Shown here: positions 1 to 10,131 of the stretch, in pieces
How positions within the stretch are numbered: the stretch's first letter is position 1
Layout: every line of letters begins with the position of its first letter
Assembly: GCF_001194135.2 (NCBI RefSeq)
Contig: NC_069009.1
Location: forward strand, 8,018,211-8,058,234
Direction of reading: 5' to 3'
DNA from: Octopus bimaculoides
Lineage: Eukaryota
Length of the DNA stretch: 40,024 bases
Position numbers and translations under genes: made by a program
The notes under the pieces: model-generated
What the model was told of the DNA's origin: nothing
Databases searched by the model: none
What the model saw: the letters and a program-made list of their open reading frames with translations, nothing else

Positions 1-856
1 TGGTTGAAGGAACAATTCTGAAAGTAGTAGACAAGTTTGTCTACCTGGGCAGCACACTCAGCCATTCTTGCTCCCTGGATGAGGAAATATGCTTCAGGTT
101 GCAGAGAGCAACTAATTCCTTCTGGTCTCTTCAGTCTCGTGTCTGGTCCCAGCATGGCATAGCAAGGCAAACAAAAGTTGCTGTGTACCGTGCTTGTGTA
201 CTGACATCGCTCCTCTACTCGTGTGAAACATGGACTCTGTACAAACGTCAGGTAAGGGTCCTTGAACGCTTTCATCAGAGATGTCTCAGGCACATTGTCA
301 ATATTGGCTGGACCTCAAGGATTCCAGACACACAGATCCTGAGGACAGCTGATATCTTGAGTATTGAGGCGATGGTGCACAAGCACCGGTTACGTTGGAC
401 TGGACACGTTATTAGAATGAAGGATAGCAGGATTCCTAAGCAGATGCTCTATGGAGAACTTGTAAATGGAAGAGGACTCCGGCAGAAACCAAGGCTGTGC
501 TTTAAGGACTGTGTCAAGTCCTCATTAAAGGCTTGTGATATGCAGGACGCTGACTGGGAGAACAATGCCTGTCATCGTCACAGATAGAGGAAGCAGGTTA
601 AGGAGGGGATCAACACTTTTGAGAGAGCATGTATCCAGCATGAAGAATTTAAGCGAGCTGCGCGAAAGTGCATGGCTCGTACAGTGGATGGGGAAAGCTT
701 AATCTGCAATGTTTGCAGTCGTGTATGCTTATCAAGAGCAGGGCTCATTAGCCACCAACGGAGCCATAAATGCAAAATGTAAGTTAGTACTAGAGCGCAG
801 AAGGTTCCTGAAGGTCGGCAATGGTCTTCCTCGGTCACGAGTGGATGGCCATCATG
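1..856 (+). mobile_element. RTE-clade (BovB-like) LINE 3' end: RT C-terminus plus terminal C2H2 zinc finger; one premature stop (TAG 585-587); natural stop 780-782
   Basis: Frame from base 3 reads KFVYLGSTL...VYRACVLTSLLYSCETW...LRWTGHVIRM...PKQMLYGEL. After TAG the same frame reads RKQVKEGINTFE...CNVCSRVCLSRAGLISHQRSH (C-x2-C-x12-H-x3-H). It is followed by a short 3' UTR and (GTAT)n. Confidence 0.92.
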
Positions 857-873
857 TATGTATGTATGTCTGT

Positions 874-946
874 GAGATGGGCTTCTGTTAGAAACCTGTG
901 AAACTTTGTCACACAAAACTGAATCAAACCGTTTTCAATAATACAT
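874..946 (+). repeat. Arm of a foldback repeat family (other arms at 2169-2243 on - and 2274-2329 on +)
   Basis: gagatgggcttctgttagaaacctgtgaaacttt...gttttcaataatacat aligns to the reverse complement of 2169-2243. Confidence 0.85.
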
Positions 947-964
947 ACAAACATACATATATAG

Positions 965-2133
965 AGAGATGATATCAAAAAGTTGCCAGACTAGTTCTGT
1001 AGCATGCCAACAGATGGCAGCACATGGTTTATGTGTACAGTGAGAGCTAGGAGTGACCTTCATGAGGCAGTGTGCTGAGTGACATCACTGTGTTTACTTT
1101 GCAAGTTGTGAAATTTGTGTTTTTCTAATCACATGTTTACTGTAGTCTGCGACTTTTGTCATGGACAGGAACAAAGAGCCAACAATGAAATTTTGCATTG
1201 ACCTCGAGAAGTCAGCTACAGAGACATTCAGGAAATTTACAGCAACAAGGCAGTGGGTCATACACAATTTTTCGAGTGTCACAGGCACTTCAAAAGTGTA
1301 AGAATGTTCCTGTAAGATGATAAATGATCTGAAGCGTCACCCCTGGAAATATGCAGAAAATTCATCAGCTTGTGCATGAGGATTGCTGGCAGACAATCGA
1401 TGACATTCTTGATGTTGTTGGTCTGTCTTATGGCTCCATGCAGGCAATCCTAACATCTAAATTGAATATATGACATGTCTCTGCTGAATACTGAGCAGAA
1501 AGAACATCTCGTCAAAGTCTGTCAAGATCCCCATCAATGTGCCACTGATGACCCATCTTTCATGTCGAGGATCATCACCGATGACAAGAGTTGGGTCTAC
1601 AGGTACAACCCTGAGATGAAGCAGCAGTTGTCACAATGGAAGAGGCCTTCATCACCACAACCAAAGAAGGCATGACAGAGCCACAGCTCAATGAAGAGCA
1701 TGCTCATTATCTTTTTCAGCATCCATGGTATTGTGCATCAAGAATTCATCCCTCAGGACTGGACCATCAACTACTGTGACATTTTGAAATGTTTGATGTA
1801 GAACATTTGGTGAAAGCAACTGGATCTGTGGAGCATGAAGATTTGGACTCATCATGGCGACAATACATTCTGTCCTCATCCATGAGTTTGTTTCCAAGAA
1901 CATGGTACTGCTTCCACACCCGCATTATGCAACAGATTTAGCACCTGCAGACTTCCATCTCTTCCTCTAGATGAAAAGGCAGGACAAAGGTTGCAGTTTT
2001 AACCCTGTTGTTATCTTGAGCAAATCGCACCTGTGCAAGGTGACTATTTTGAAGGAGATGATGTTAAAACTTAGGTAAATAAGTTGTTTTGTATTAAATA
2101 TAACAAGTCCAGGAACCTTTTGATACCACCTCA
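965..2133 (+). mobile_element. Degenerate Tc1/mariner (mariner-type) DNA transposon; transposase pseudogene ~1161-2020
   Basis: TIRs agagatgatatcaaaaagttgccagact (965-) and rc tgaggtggtatcaaaaggttcctggact (-2133). Fragments MKFCIDLEKSATETF, IITDDKSWVYRYNPE, HPHYATDLAPADF match the mariner WVYxYxPE and YSPDLAP motifs. Many stops and frameshifts. Confidence 0.92.
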
Positions 2134-2168
2134 TGTATGTATGTGTGTGTATGTGTGTGCGTGCATGC

Positions 2169-2329
2169 ATGCATTATTTAAAACCATTTAATTTGGTTCC
2201 ATGTGACTTAAAGTTTCACAGGCCTTTAACAGAAGCACATCTCTTTTAGTCTTTAGATTACCAAAGTCTGAAAGAGAAGGCTTCTGTTAAGCTGCATGGA
2301 ACTGAATCAAACTGTTTTAAATAATACAT
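2169..2329. repeat. Palindromic (foldback) element centred at ~2258
   Basis: Symmetric pairing ctc(2241-43)/gag(2274-76) and agtcttt/aaagtct around the loop agattacc. The right arm has an internal deletion. Confidence 0.75.
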
Positions 2330-2390
2330 GTAACTCCTACTAAACCTAATGAGTGCCCTTTTCTTTTGTTTGTCCACTCATTATTACATA

Positions 2391-3598
2391 TATCTTTCTA
2401 TCTACCTATCTATCTAGGGCAGGTAAAATTCCAGAGATCCTTGGACAAATTTTCTCCAGCGGTCTTTGTCTCTCATCATCACTGCCAGCTCCTGTGTCTC
2501 CCAGAGACCAGTGCCTGTCTTTGGGGCATCAACATATGTCATTCTCGGTCTCCTCCTAGTACGTCCATGTAGGGGCTCCCAAAGGAGCACTGAGTGCAGT
2601 ATCAACTCTGAATGATGGTGAGCATGTCCAGCTAACCTCAGTCTCCTCTGTGTTATTTTCAAGCTAACTATTGGGAGGCTCTCATACATCTCTGAGTTCT
2701 TCATCTTCAGTGAATACTGATTAATCTTCAGAGCTATCCTCAGCATTCTCGAGTGAGTAGCACCCATCAACTATCTGAGTGAGTTTCTTGGTCAGTGTAC
2801 AAGTCTCAGATCTGTACAACAGCACAGACTTCTAAACAGGATCCAACCCGAGATGGAGAAGAAGTTTAGGGACAACCAGAACGGATTCAGAGAGGAAAGA
2901 TCAACCATCAGTCACATCCTAATGCTGAGGAGGATATTAGAGGGAGTTAGAGCAAAAAGTCATCCTACTGTCATGGTTTTCATTGACTTTAGGAAGGCCT
3001 TTGATTCTGTGGAAAGTTACTGCCTGATGAAGATCTTACAGGCTTATGGAATCCCTAAGAAGATACTGGACCTGATATCACTGCTCTACACCAACACCAG
3101 AGCCCAAGTCATTACACCTGTTGAGATGATGGAATTCTTTGAGATACTGGCAGGAGTGCTTCAGGGAGATACATTGTTTTCCTACCCTTTTATCATCTTG
3201 ATGAACTATTGCATGCGCCTTGCATTGGAGAAACTCAGGGCAGCAGGGTTAAGGCTAAAAAGATATCAGATGCTGAATTTTCTGATGACATAGTTCTGGT
3301 GACAAACACAGTGAGGGAGGCAGAGGAATTGATGCAGGAGGTAGAAAATGTGTCGATGAGTGTGGGGCTGAAGATGAATGAAATTAAGACAAAATATCTG
3401 GTAGAGAACATTCAGAAGCCAGAGAAAGTTATGAATGTAAGCAGGAAGCTACTAGAGTTGGTTGAGGACTTCCTGTATCTGGGAGCAAAGATTGGGAACA
3501 CAGAGGATGATATAGTTGAAAGAAAGAGCAAAGCCTGAGCAGCATGCCATAGTTCGAGATCTGTATGGAAGTTGGACCTTCGTAAAGACCTGAAGATA
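2391..3598 (-). mobile_element. RTE-group non-LTR retrotransposon with 5' inversion: 3' segment 2391-2830 on -, inverted RT segment 2830-3598 on +
   Basis: + strand: LLNRIQPEMEKKFRDNQNGFR...FIDFRKAFDSV...GVLQGDTL...EFSDDIVL...FLYLG...DLRKDLKI. - strand: SVLLYRSETCTLTK...RRLRLAGH...RPRMTYVD...RWRKF, then a (TAGA)n-like tail. Confidence 0.9.
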
Positions 3599-3610
3599 TA
3601 TATGTATATA

Positions 3611-3667
<57 letters not shown>

Positions 3668-4140
3668 NNNNNNNNNNNNNNNNNNNNNNNNNNNNNNNNN
3701 NNNNNNNNNNNNNNNNNNNNNNNNNNNNNNNNNNNNNNNNNNNNNNNNNNNNNNNNNNNNNNNNNNNNNNNNNNNNNNNNNNNNNNNNNNNNNNNNNNNN
3801 NNNNNNNNNNNNNNNNNNNNNNNNNNNNNNNNNNNNNNNNNNNNNNNNNNNNNNNNNNNNNNNNNNNNNNNNNNNNNNNNNNNNNNNNNNNNNNNNNNNN
3901 NNNNNNNNNNNNNNNNNNNNNNNNNNNNNNNNNNNNNNNNNNNNNNNNNNNNNNNNNNNNNNNNNNNNNNNNNNNNNNNNNNNNNNNNNNNNNNNNNNNN
4001 NNNNNNNNNNNNNNNNNNNNNNNNNNNNNNNNNNNNNNNNNNNNNNNNNNNNNNNNNNNNNNNNNNNNNNNNNNNNNNNNNNNNNNNNNNNNNNNNNNNN
4101 NNNNNNNNNNNNNNNNNNNNNNNNNNNNNNNNNNNNNNNN
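3668..4140. other. Assembly gap (N run) after (TA)n
   Basis: N run. Confidence 1.
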
Positions 4141-4379
4141 AATAACACAACATCCAATGTGTAACAAAGTAAAATCCATATTTCACCATCAGCGTTATTT
4201 AAGTCCAAGAAAATCAAGGCACACAAGTCGATACATTAAACCAACAATCCAGCAGGTAACATCGGTAAAGTCAATCCATAATTTAACATCATTTACAATG
4301 GATTACAAATATAGGTCGGAATACAAACACAAAACACCTATGGCCATTTCGGGGGTATATCACCGTATTTAGAGCACAA
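4141..4379 (-). repeat. Inverted copy of 4898-5136 (PLE-like terminal repeat, 1 mismatch in 239 bp)
   Basis: Base-by-base reverse-complement match; the only difference seen is tatCaccg vs tatAaccg. Confidence 0.95.
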
Positions 4380-4831
4380 TATTTGTTTTCTCACTGTGGT
4401 AGCAATTGCGAGACAGGTTATTTGGAAAACGAGGATGAAAGGCATGAAGTCAGGCATTTTCATATCTAGCTCTGCACTGGTGAATTATTTCACCTTCCAC
4501 ATCAAAAGGAAAGTAGAGCTAGAGAGGAAATGTCTGACTGCGAAAATGTTTGAGAGTCGATGGAAGAGTGTAGCACGAAAGTTGCGAATGAATGTAACCG
4601 CATGAACGAGACGAAGGACTCATCTCAGTTATCAGTGGCGAGGCGGGGTCCGTACTAAACCCGCCTTACCACTCCATCCGTAATGTCTCCCGGTCTGTCT
4701 CATCATTCGATTTTATTCCAATTTCATTGTTCAAAATTTTTAAATGCATGTTTCTGTAAATTCATCCGTTTCATCTGACCCCAAATCAGATTGTATCGTC
4801 CCCTCTATGGCGCCCCTTGTGGGTAATACAA
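4380..4831 (+). mobile_element. Tx1/L1-clade LINE 3' fragment (ORF2 C-terminus to 4605, plus 3' UTR)
   Basis: FLTVVAIARQVIWKTR...YFTFHIKRKVELERKCL...FESRW resembles the Tx1-type ORF2 C-terminus. The UTR ends in aatacaaaa. Confidence 0.7.
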
Positions 4832-5600
4832 AATAGACTGGTGCCTGCATTGATGTTTGTGTATGTTCTTTACCCTGAAGAGGGGGTTATCACTAGTTTG
4901 TGCTCTAAATACGGTTATATACCCCCGAAATGGCCATAGGTGTTTTGTGTTTGTATTCCGACCTATATTTGTAATCCATTGTAAATGATGTTAAATTATG
5001 GATTGACTTTACCGATGTTACCTGCTGGATTGTTGGTTTAATGTATCGACTTGTGTGCCTTGATTTTCTTGGACTTAAATAACGCTGATGGTGAAATATG
5101 GATTTTACTTTGTTACACATTGGATGTTGTGTTATTATGTCGTCCCGTGTACTTCGGTATTCCTGTGTATGAATTACGAAATTGGATTTTACCTGCTAAA
5201 TTTGCTGTCATAAGGGAAGTAATGAACTTTCGTACAATTTAAACTTAAACTTCTTTTATTAACCATTAACCTCAACGAATGAACTATTTTACTACGTTTC
5301 CCTATGTATTATTTTTTTTCTCTATATTATTTTTTCTAAATATATATTTTTATTCCACTATATCTGTACCGGTCTATAATATTTTTAATCACTTTTTAAT
5401 CGCAGTTTATTTATTTATGTTATTCTATTATATTTTTAATCGATTTTATTCTTATGTATAAAAATTTTGACTTCCCTTTGCTAACTTGGTTTTGTGGTTT
5501 ATGCTGTACTTTTTATATGTGGTCATTGGTGGGCTGTGGCTTTTTGAGTCGATGACCTAATGGTTTTATTCTGCAATTAACTTTGTACTTTTGTCTCGTT
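4832..5600 (+). mobile_element. Probable Penelope-like pseudo-LTR region carrying the HHR
   Basis: HHR plus inverted partial copy at 4141-4379. No ORF was recognised and the right boundary is uncertain. Confidence 0.5.
4869..4942 (+). ncRNA. Type I hammerhead ribozyme motif (PLE-like)
   Basis: ttacc-CTGAAGA(4875-81)-gggggt...accccc-GAAA(4927-30)-tggcca-TA-ggtg; palindromic stem III atggccat; stem I tacc/ggtg. Confidence 0.85.
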
Positions 5601-6054
5601 TAGTTAGAGCACTTCTTTTACAGCCTTGTATAAATTCTATTGGTTTTCTAATACAAAACTGTTAATATTGAATAATTATATATATATACATATTTATTAG
5701 GGTTACTTGTGCAGCTCGGGTGACAACCTATGTAATATTTTTGCCATGCTATACACATTTTTGCATTTCTTTTGTAAGCTTCAAATATTTTGGCACCATG
5801 TTGCCTTTTACCCCTCCCTGTGTCATTTGTTCCTCTTATTTACTATTTAGTGTACATCAAGAACTTTAACAACGTTATATGATTTTTTTTCCAAAAGGAG
5901 CAAACAAAAATAAATCGTCTGGACTTCCAGCTCTTGAAAGAAATAATGTTCTGAAAGTTTTAATTCAGTAACAGATAGAGCTTGTTCTTGATATTCATTT
6001 GAGCTTTACTGAGAACTGAAGCCATTTGAATACAAAAAGCATTTCAGTGTTAAT

Positions 6055-6260
6055 TCTTTTACTCATTTCAGTCATTTAACTATGGCCATGTTGGAGCACT
6101 ACCTTGAAAGGTTTTAATCACACAAATCGACCCCAGGACTTCTTTTTTAAGCTCAGGACTTATTTTGCCAAACTGATAAGTTACAGGTATATAAACACAT
6201 CAACACCAGTTGTCAAACGGTGATGAGGGAACAAACACAAACATGCATACATACATACAT
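6055..6260 (-). mobile_element. SINE family A, 3' module only
   Basis: tttcagtcattt.actatggccatgttggagcac...gttgtcaa matches the other family A copies. Confidence 0.85.
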
Positions 6261-6296
6261 ATATCTATAGAAGTCTGTCGTATGTATATATATTTA

Positions 6297-6798
6297 GGGA
6301 TGGTCATATTGCCAGTTTAGCCAATAAAAACACATGCACTGTATATTTGGTGTTAATTTGCTTCAGCTTTATATTACATTAATACAAAAAAAAACACAAA
6401 AAAAGTAGGTATAAACATATGAACAAATAAATAAATAAAAACAAAAATAAACGAACATGTATTAACAGAGGATATAGACAATACAGACACACTCCATATA
6501 CACACATGCACTTACAAAACATACACACATTAAGGGATACGCATGCGTAGACACATACAATAGGAATACAAAATACAAAATGGCTGATAGTTAGCAAGGA
6601 GGGACACACATAAGAAAGAAGAAAGCAAAAGACCACTGATGAGGTCACAGAAGTGTGACGAAAGAACTCTGGCTGAAATAGGATTAATGTAATATAAAGC
6701 TGAAGCAAATTAACACCAAATATACAGTGCGTGTGTTTTTATTGGTTAAACTGGCAATATGACCATCCCCAAGTACAACAACATCTCTTTCAACACAC
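6297..6798 (+). mobile_element. PLE-like element with inverted terminal segment (6297-6383 vs 6683-6769), an HHR and a probable ORF start at 6759 (MTIPKYNN)
   Basis: 87-bp inverted repeat with 2 mismatches; HHR at 6631-6673; related fragment at 18868-18977. Confidence 0.7.
6631..6673 (+). ncRNA. Minimal type I hammerhead ribozyme motif
   Basis: cca-CTGATGA(6636-42)-g-gtcaca-gaag-tgtgac-GAAA-gaac-TC-tgg. Confidence 0.8.
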
Positions 6799-6953
6799 NN
6801 NNNNNNNNNNNNNNNNNNNNNNNNNNNNNNNNNNNNNNNNNNNNNNNNNNNNNNNNNNNNNNNNNNNNNNNNNNNNNNNNNNNNNNNNNNNNNNNNNNNN
6901 NNNNNNNNNNNNNNNNNNNNNNNNNNNNNNNNNNNNNNNNNNNNNNNNNNNNN
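6799..6953. other. Assembly gap
   Basis: N run. Confidence 1.
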
Positions 6954-7125
6954 CTTGACAACCGATATTGGTGTGTTTACATCCCTGTAACTTAGTAGTT
7001 CGGCAAAAGAGACTGATAGAATAAGTACTAGGCTTATAAAGTATAAGTCCTAGGGTCGGTTCGTTCGACTAAAGGTGGTGCTCCAGCAGGGCTGCTGTTG
7101 AATGACTGAAACAAATAAAAGAATA
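6954..7125 (+). mobile_element. SINE family A 3' module
   Basis: cttgacaaccgat...gatagaataagtactaggctt...aatgactgaaacaaataaaagaat. Confidence 0.9.
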
Positions 7126-7134
7126 AAAATATAT

Positions 7135-7303
7135 ATACGACAGGTTTCTTTCAGTATCCATCAACAAAATCAATTCAGAAGGCTTTGGTCAGCCGGACGC
7201 TATAGTAGAAGACACATACCCAAGGTGCCACACAGTGGGACTGAACCTGGAACCATGTGGTTGGGAAGCAAGCTTCCTTACTACACAACTACGCCTGCAC
7301 CTA
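7135..7303 (-). mobile_element. SINE family A tRNA-derived 5' module
   Basis: The rc carries A-box-like and B-box-like (ggttcagtccc) motifs followed by ggcaccttgggt...gaaagaaacctgtcgtata. Confidence 0.9.
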
Positions 7304-7489
7304 TGCATAAATGCATTTCTCCCATAAATAAACCAGTCGAAATAGCAGCTGTTTTTTGAGCAACAATGAGAGTTTTGTATATGTAGTTATCATCACCCAC
7401 GACTTTATAAAACAGATAAAATATAATTTTGTTCGATATATTTCAATGAAATTAAGGCATACCTACACAAATGTGCCTCACCGTTCCCA

Positions 7490-7945
7490 AAGTTTGTTTC
7501 CTCATAACCTCCAGAAAAATGAGTATTTTTTAATGAAATTTTCTACAAATACGCTTCAGACATTTGTTTCGAAAAAAGTTTTCCATGAGTGGGAAGAGGG
7601 GTTTCGAAAAATCCACACGAGTCGATTTTGTTTCCCCAATAACTTTCAGAAAAGTGGGTATTTTCAATGAAATTTTCTGCAAATACCTATCAGAGTGTGT
7701 AAATTACGATTGTATCAGAATTTCATATGAAAAACACTCGTACACATCTACAAAATGAAACTTGATATTGTCTCATTATGTGTGTGTGCGTGCTCACCAC
7801 TTTTTTTTTCTTTTCTTATACTAAATTCTAATAAATCGTTATCTTCACATTCTGAAAGGTATTTGTAGAAAATTTCATGAAAAAATACCCGTTTTTCTGA
7901 CAGTTTTTCGAGAAGCAAAGCCAACTCACGTCAATTTTTCGAAGT
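7490..7945. repeat. Non-autonomous DNA-element-like region with a repeated ~45-bp motif (direct at ~7515 and ~7645, inverted at ~7845-7905)
   Basis: gaaaa(a/g)tg(a/g)gtatttt..aatgaaattttct(a/g)caaatac recurs three times. Confidence 0.6.
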
Positions 7946-8399
7946 TTCTCTAACCACTGGTGAAGAAAAAAAAAACTTTTTTCAACAAATTCCGATATAA
8001 TCGGCATTTACACCATCTGAAGCGAATTTATAGAATATTGTATTGAAAAACATTCATTTTTCAGGAAGTTAAAAAGAAACAAAGTGAAGGTGGGGCGCGC
8101 TTGGGATCTGTTAGATCTCATGCACAGCTAGATCCCACATTTGTGTAGGTGTACCGAATTTTAAAAGGTTCTTTATGTTCAAATTTTAGATGGCTTCTTC
8201 GTGAAGAGAACGGTGACCGATGATTATAACAACCGAAGACGGATAAGAGTCTAAACGATATCAATTTCCAGTTTAGAAATCTTTCAGTGACTATAATAAA
8301 GGCACTTCACCTTCAATGTTGATTTTGTTGTTCAAGTTTAAGCGCAATAAATTGGTTATACTACTGAAATGCACAAAATATTTCAATACACAATTCCTA

Positions 8400-8515
8400 A
8401 TATCTAATTATAAAAATATAATGGGATTTTTTAAACATTGAATAGTTACGGGGATCCACCGGAGTAAAACAAGAAGGAAAGGAGTCCATAAATGAAAGAT
8501 GGCTGGGAAACGCTG
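8400..8515 (-). repeat. hAT-like MITE terminal fragment (second copy at 13285-13410, +)
   Basis: rc cagcgtttcccagcc...tatggactcc...ccccgtaactattcaatgttt...attatatttttat matches 13285-13410. Confidence 0.55.
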
Positions 8516-8769
8516 GTCCAGACGATATCGATTCCGTTTAGAAATCTTTTTAACTTTGCGATTAATGACTGACAATTTTAGAAGAAGTAAAAATAGAAAC
8601 CAATATATTTTCAGTGATATTAATAAAGAAACTCTACCTTCAGTGTTGACTTTGGAGTTTTCTTCGTGAAACAAAAGTGATAAGACTCGAAACGATTAGC
8701 AGACGATAACTACTTTGCGCGTTCGTCTTGCACGTAAAAAAAAGGGGGAATACTTCGGGTGATTCCGGA

Positions 8770-9110
8770 TGATTCCGGTTTAAACACTGTGTGTGTGTGT
8801 GTAAGAGTGAGAGAAAAGGAGGAGAAAGACAGAATAAGAGTCGCAAACAGGAAAATAAAAAGAAATATGGTAGAGAAAGAGAGGGAGAAAGTGCACCAGA
8901 AGGAGTGATATGAAAGACAAAGAGAGAGAGAGAGAGAAGAGTGTGTGTGTGTATCAGAGTAATATGAAAGACAAAGAGTGAAAGGGGGAGAAAGAAAGAA
9001 TAAGTGACATTTAGTCTCCAATAGGGAAACAGAAAGAAATATTAGATAGATAAATAGATAGAGACAGAGAGGGGGGACAGACAGACAGAAGGTGAGAGAG
9101 AGCAGTAGAA
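8770..9110. repeat. GA/GT-rich low-complexity tract
   Basis: Composition. Confidence 0.85.
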
Positions 9111-9324
9111 AGAGTTTGAGTTAATAAAAACTAAAAACCCAATAAAACCTTGTTTGTTAAACTTTTTGGACCTGGGTTTGCACTCACTAAGCTAATTTCA
9201 TTCCCGAGCCAGTGTGTGTATATGAGTGTGATTGTCTCTATGTGTGTGTGAAAGAGAGGGCAACAGTAAAGAAGAGAAAGAGAGAGAGAATGTGTGTGGA
9301 GGAGAAAGAGGTGCTGGAGAGATA

Positions 9325-9490
9325 TATAGTTTTTTCTATTCTAGGCACAAGGCCCGAAATTGTGGGGGAGGGGGCCAGTCAATTAGATCGAACCAGTACG
9401 CAACTGGTACTTAATTTATCGACTCCGAAAGGATGAAAGGTAAAGTCGACCTCGGCGGAATTTGAACTCAGAATGTAAAGACAGACGAAA
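9325..9490 (-). mobile_element. SINE family B (5'-truncated)
   Basis: rc ...ttctgagttcaaattccgccgaggtcgactttacctttcatcctttcgg... Confidence 0.9.
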
Positions 9491-9804
9491 TATGTAGAGA
9501 GACATTGTGACGATATGTTATACACTTGCGAAATTCTGTGTGATGGACAGAAGAATGCCTCTCTCTGATTGACATCTGTTGTAAAGTTGTCAACCCTTAC
9601 ACTTAGTCATATACACATTACAATGTTATTCTGTTTGTTCTTGCAGTCTGGCTGTTTTGGCACTAAGGAAGATAAAAACTCAAATGGAGGTAGATATAAA
9701 TACGGATAAAAGAGGAGACAAAAACAGAAACAGAAATAGTGGAATTAGGGAAAAAATAGGGGAAACACAGAAGAAAGAGGGAAATAGAAAGAGGAAGAAG
9801 ATAT

Positions 9805-10022
9805 ATTATCCTTTCTATTATAGGCGAAAAGCCTGAAATTTTGGGGGTGGGGGCCAGTCGATTAGATCGACCCTAGTACGCAACTAGTACTTAATTTATC
9901 GACCCCTGAAAGTACGAAAGGCAAAGTCGACTTCGGTGGATTTTGAACTCAGAACATAGGGACGGGCGAAATACCACTAAGCAGTTCGTCCAGTGTGCTA
10001 AAGATTCTGCCAGCTTGCCACC
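9805..10022 (-). mobile_element. SINE family B, full length
   Basis: rc head ggtggcaagctggcagaatctttagcac; B-box gagttcaaaatcc; same body as 9325-9490. Confidence 0.9.
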
Positions 10023-10131
10023 AAGGAAGTAGACATTATTCTGTATTTGTGTTGAAATTGCAAGTACAACTGAAATGTTTAATATGAAACACTGTCATGG
10101 AGATCAATAAATTTATGCATTAAAAGATCAG

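Noticed and set aside
3412-4372. Long ORFs spanning N runs (also 14613-15165, 16552-17325, 30034-30651, 39138-39649)
   Set aside because: Artefacts of gaps and dinucleotide repeats (poly-X, YI/CV/SL runs).
8200-8710. ccgatga...cgaag and gactcgaaacg as HHR cores; diverged direct repeats
   Set aside because: No consistent stems around the cores; treated as old repeat debris.
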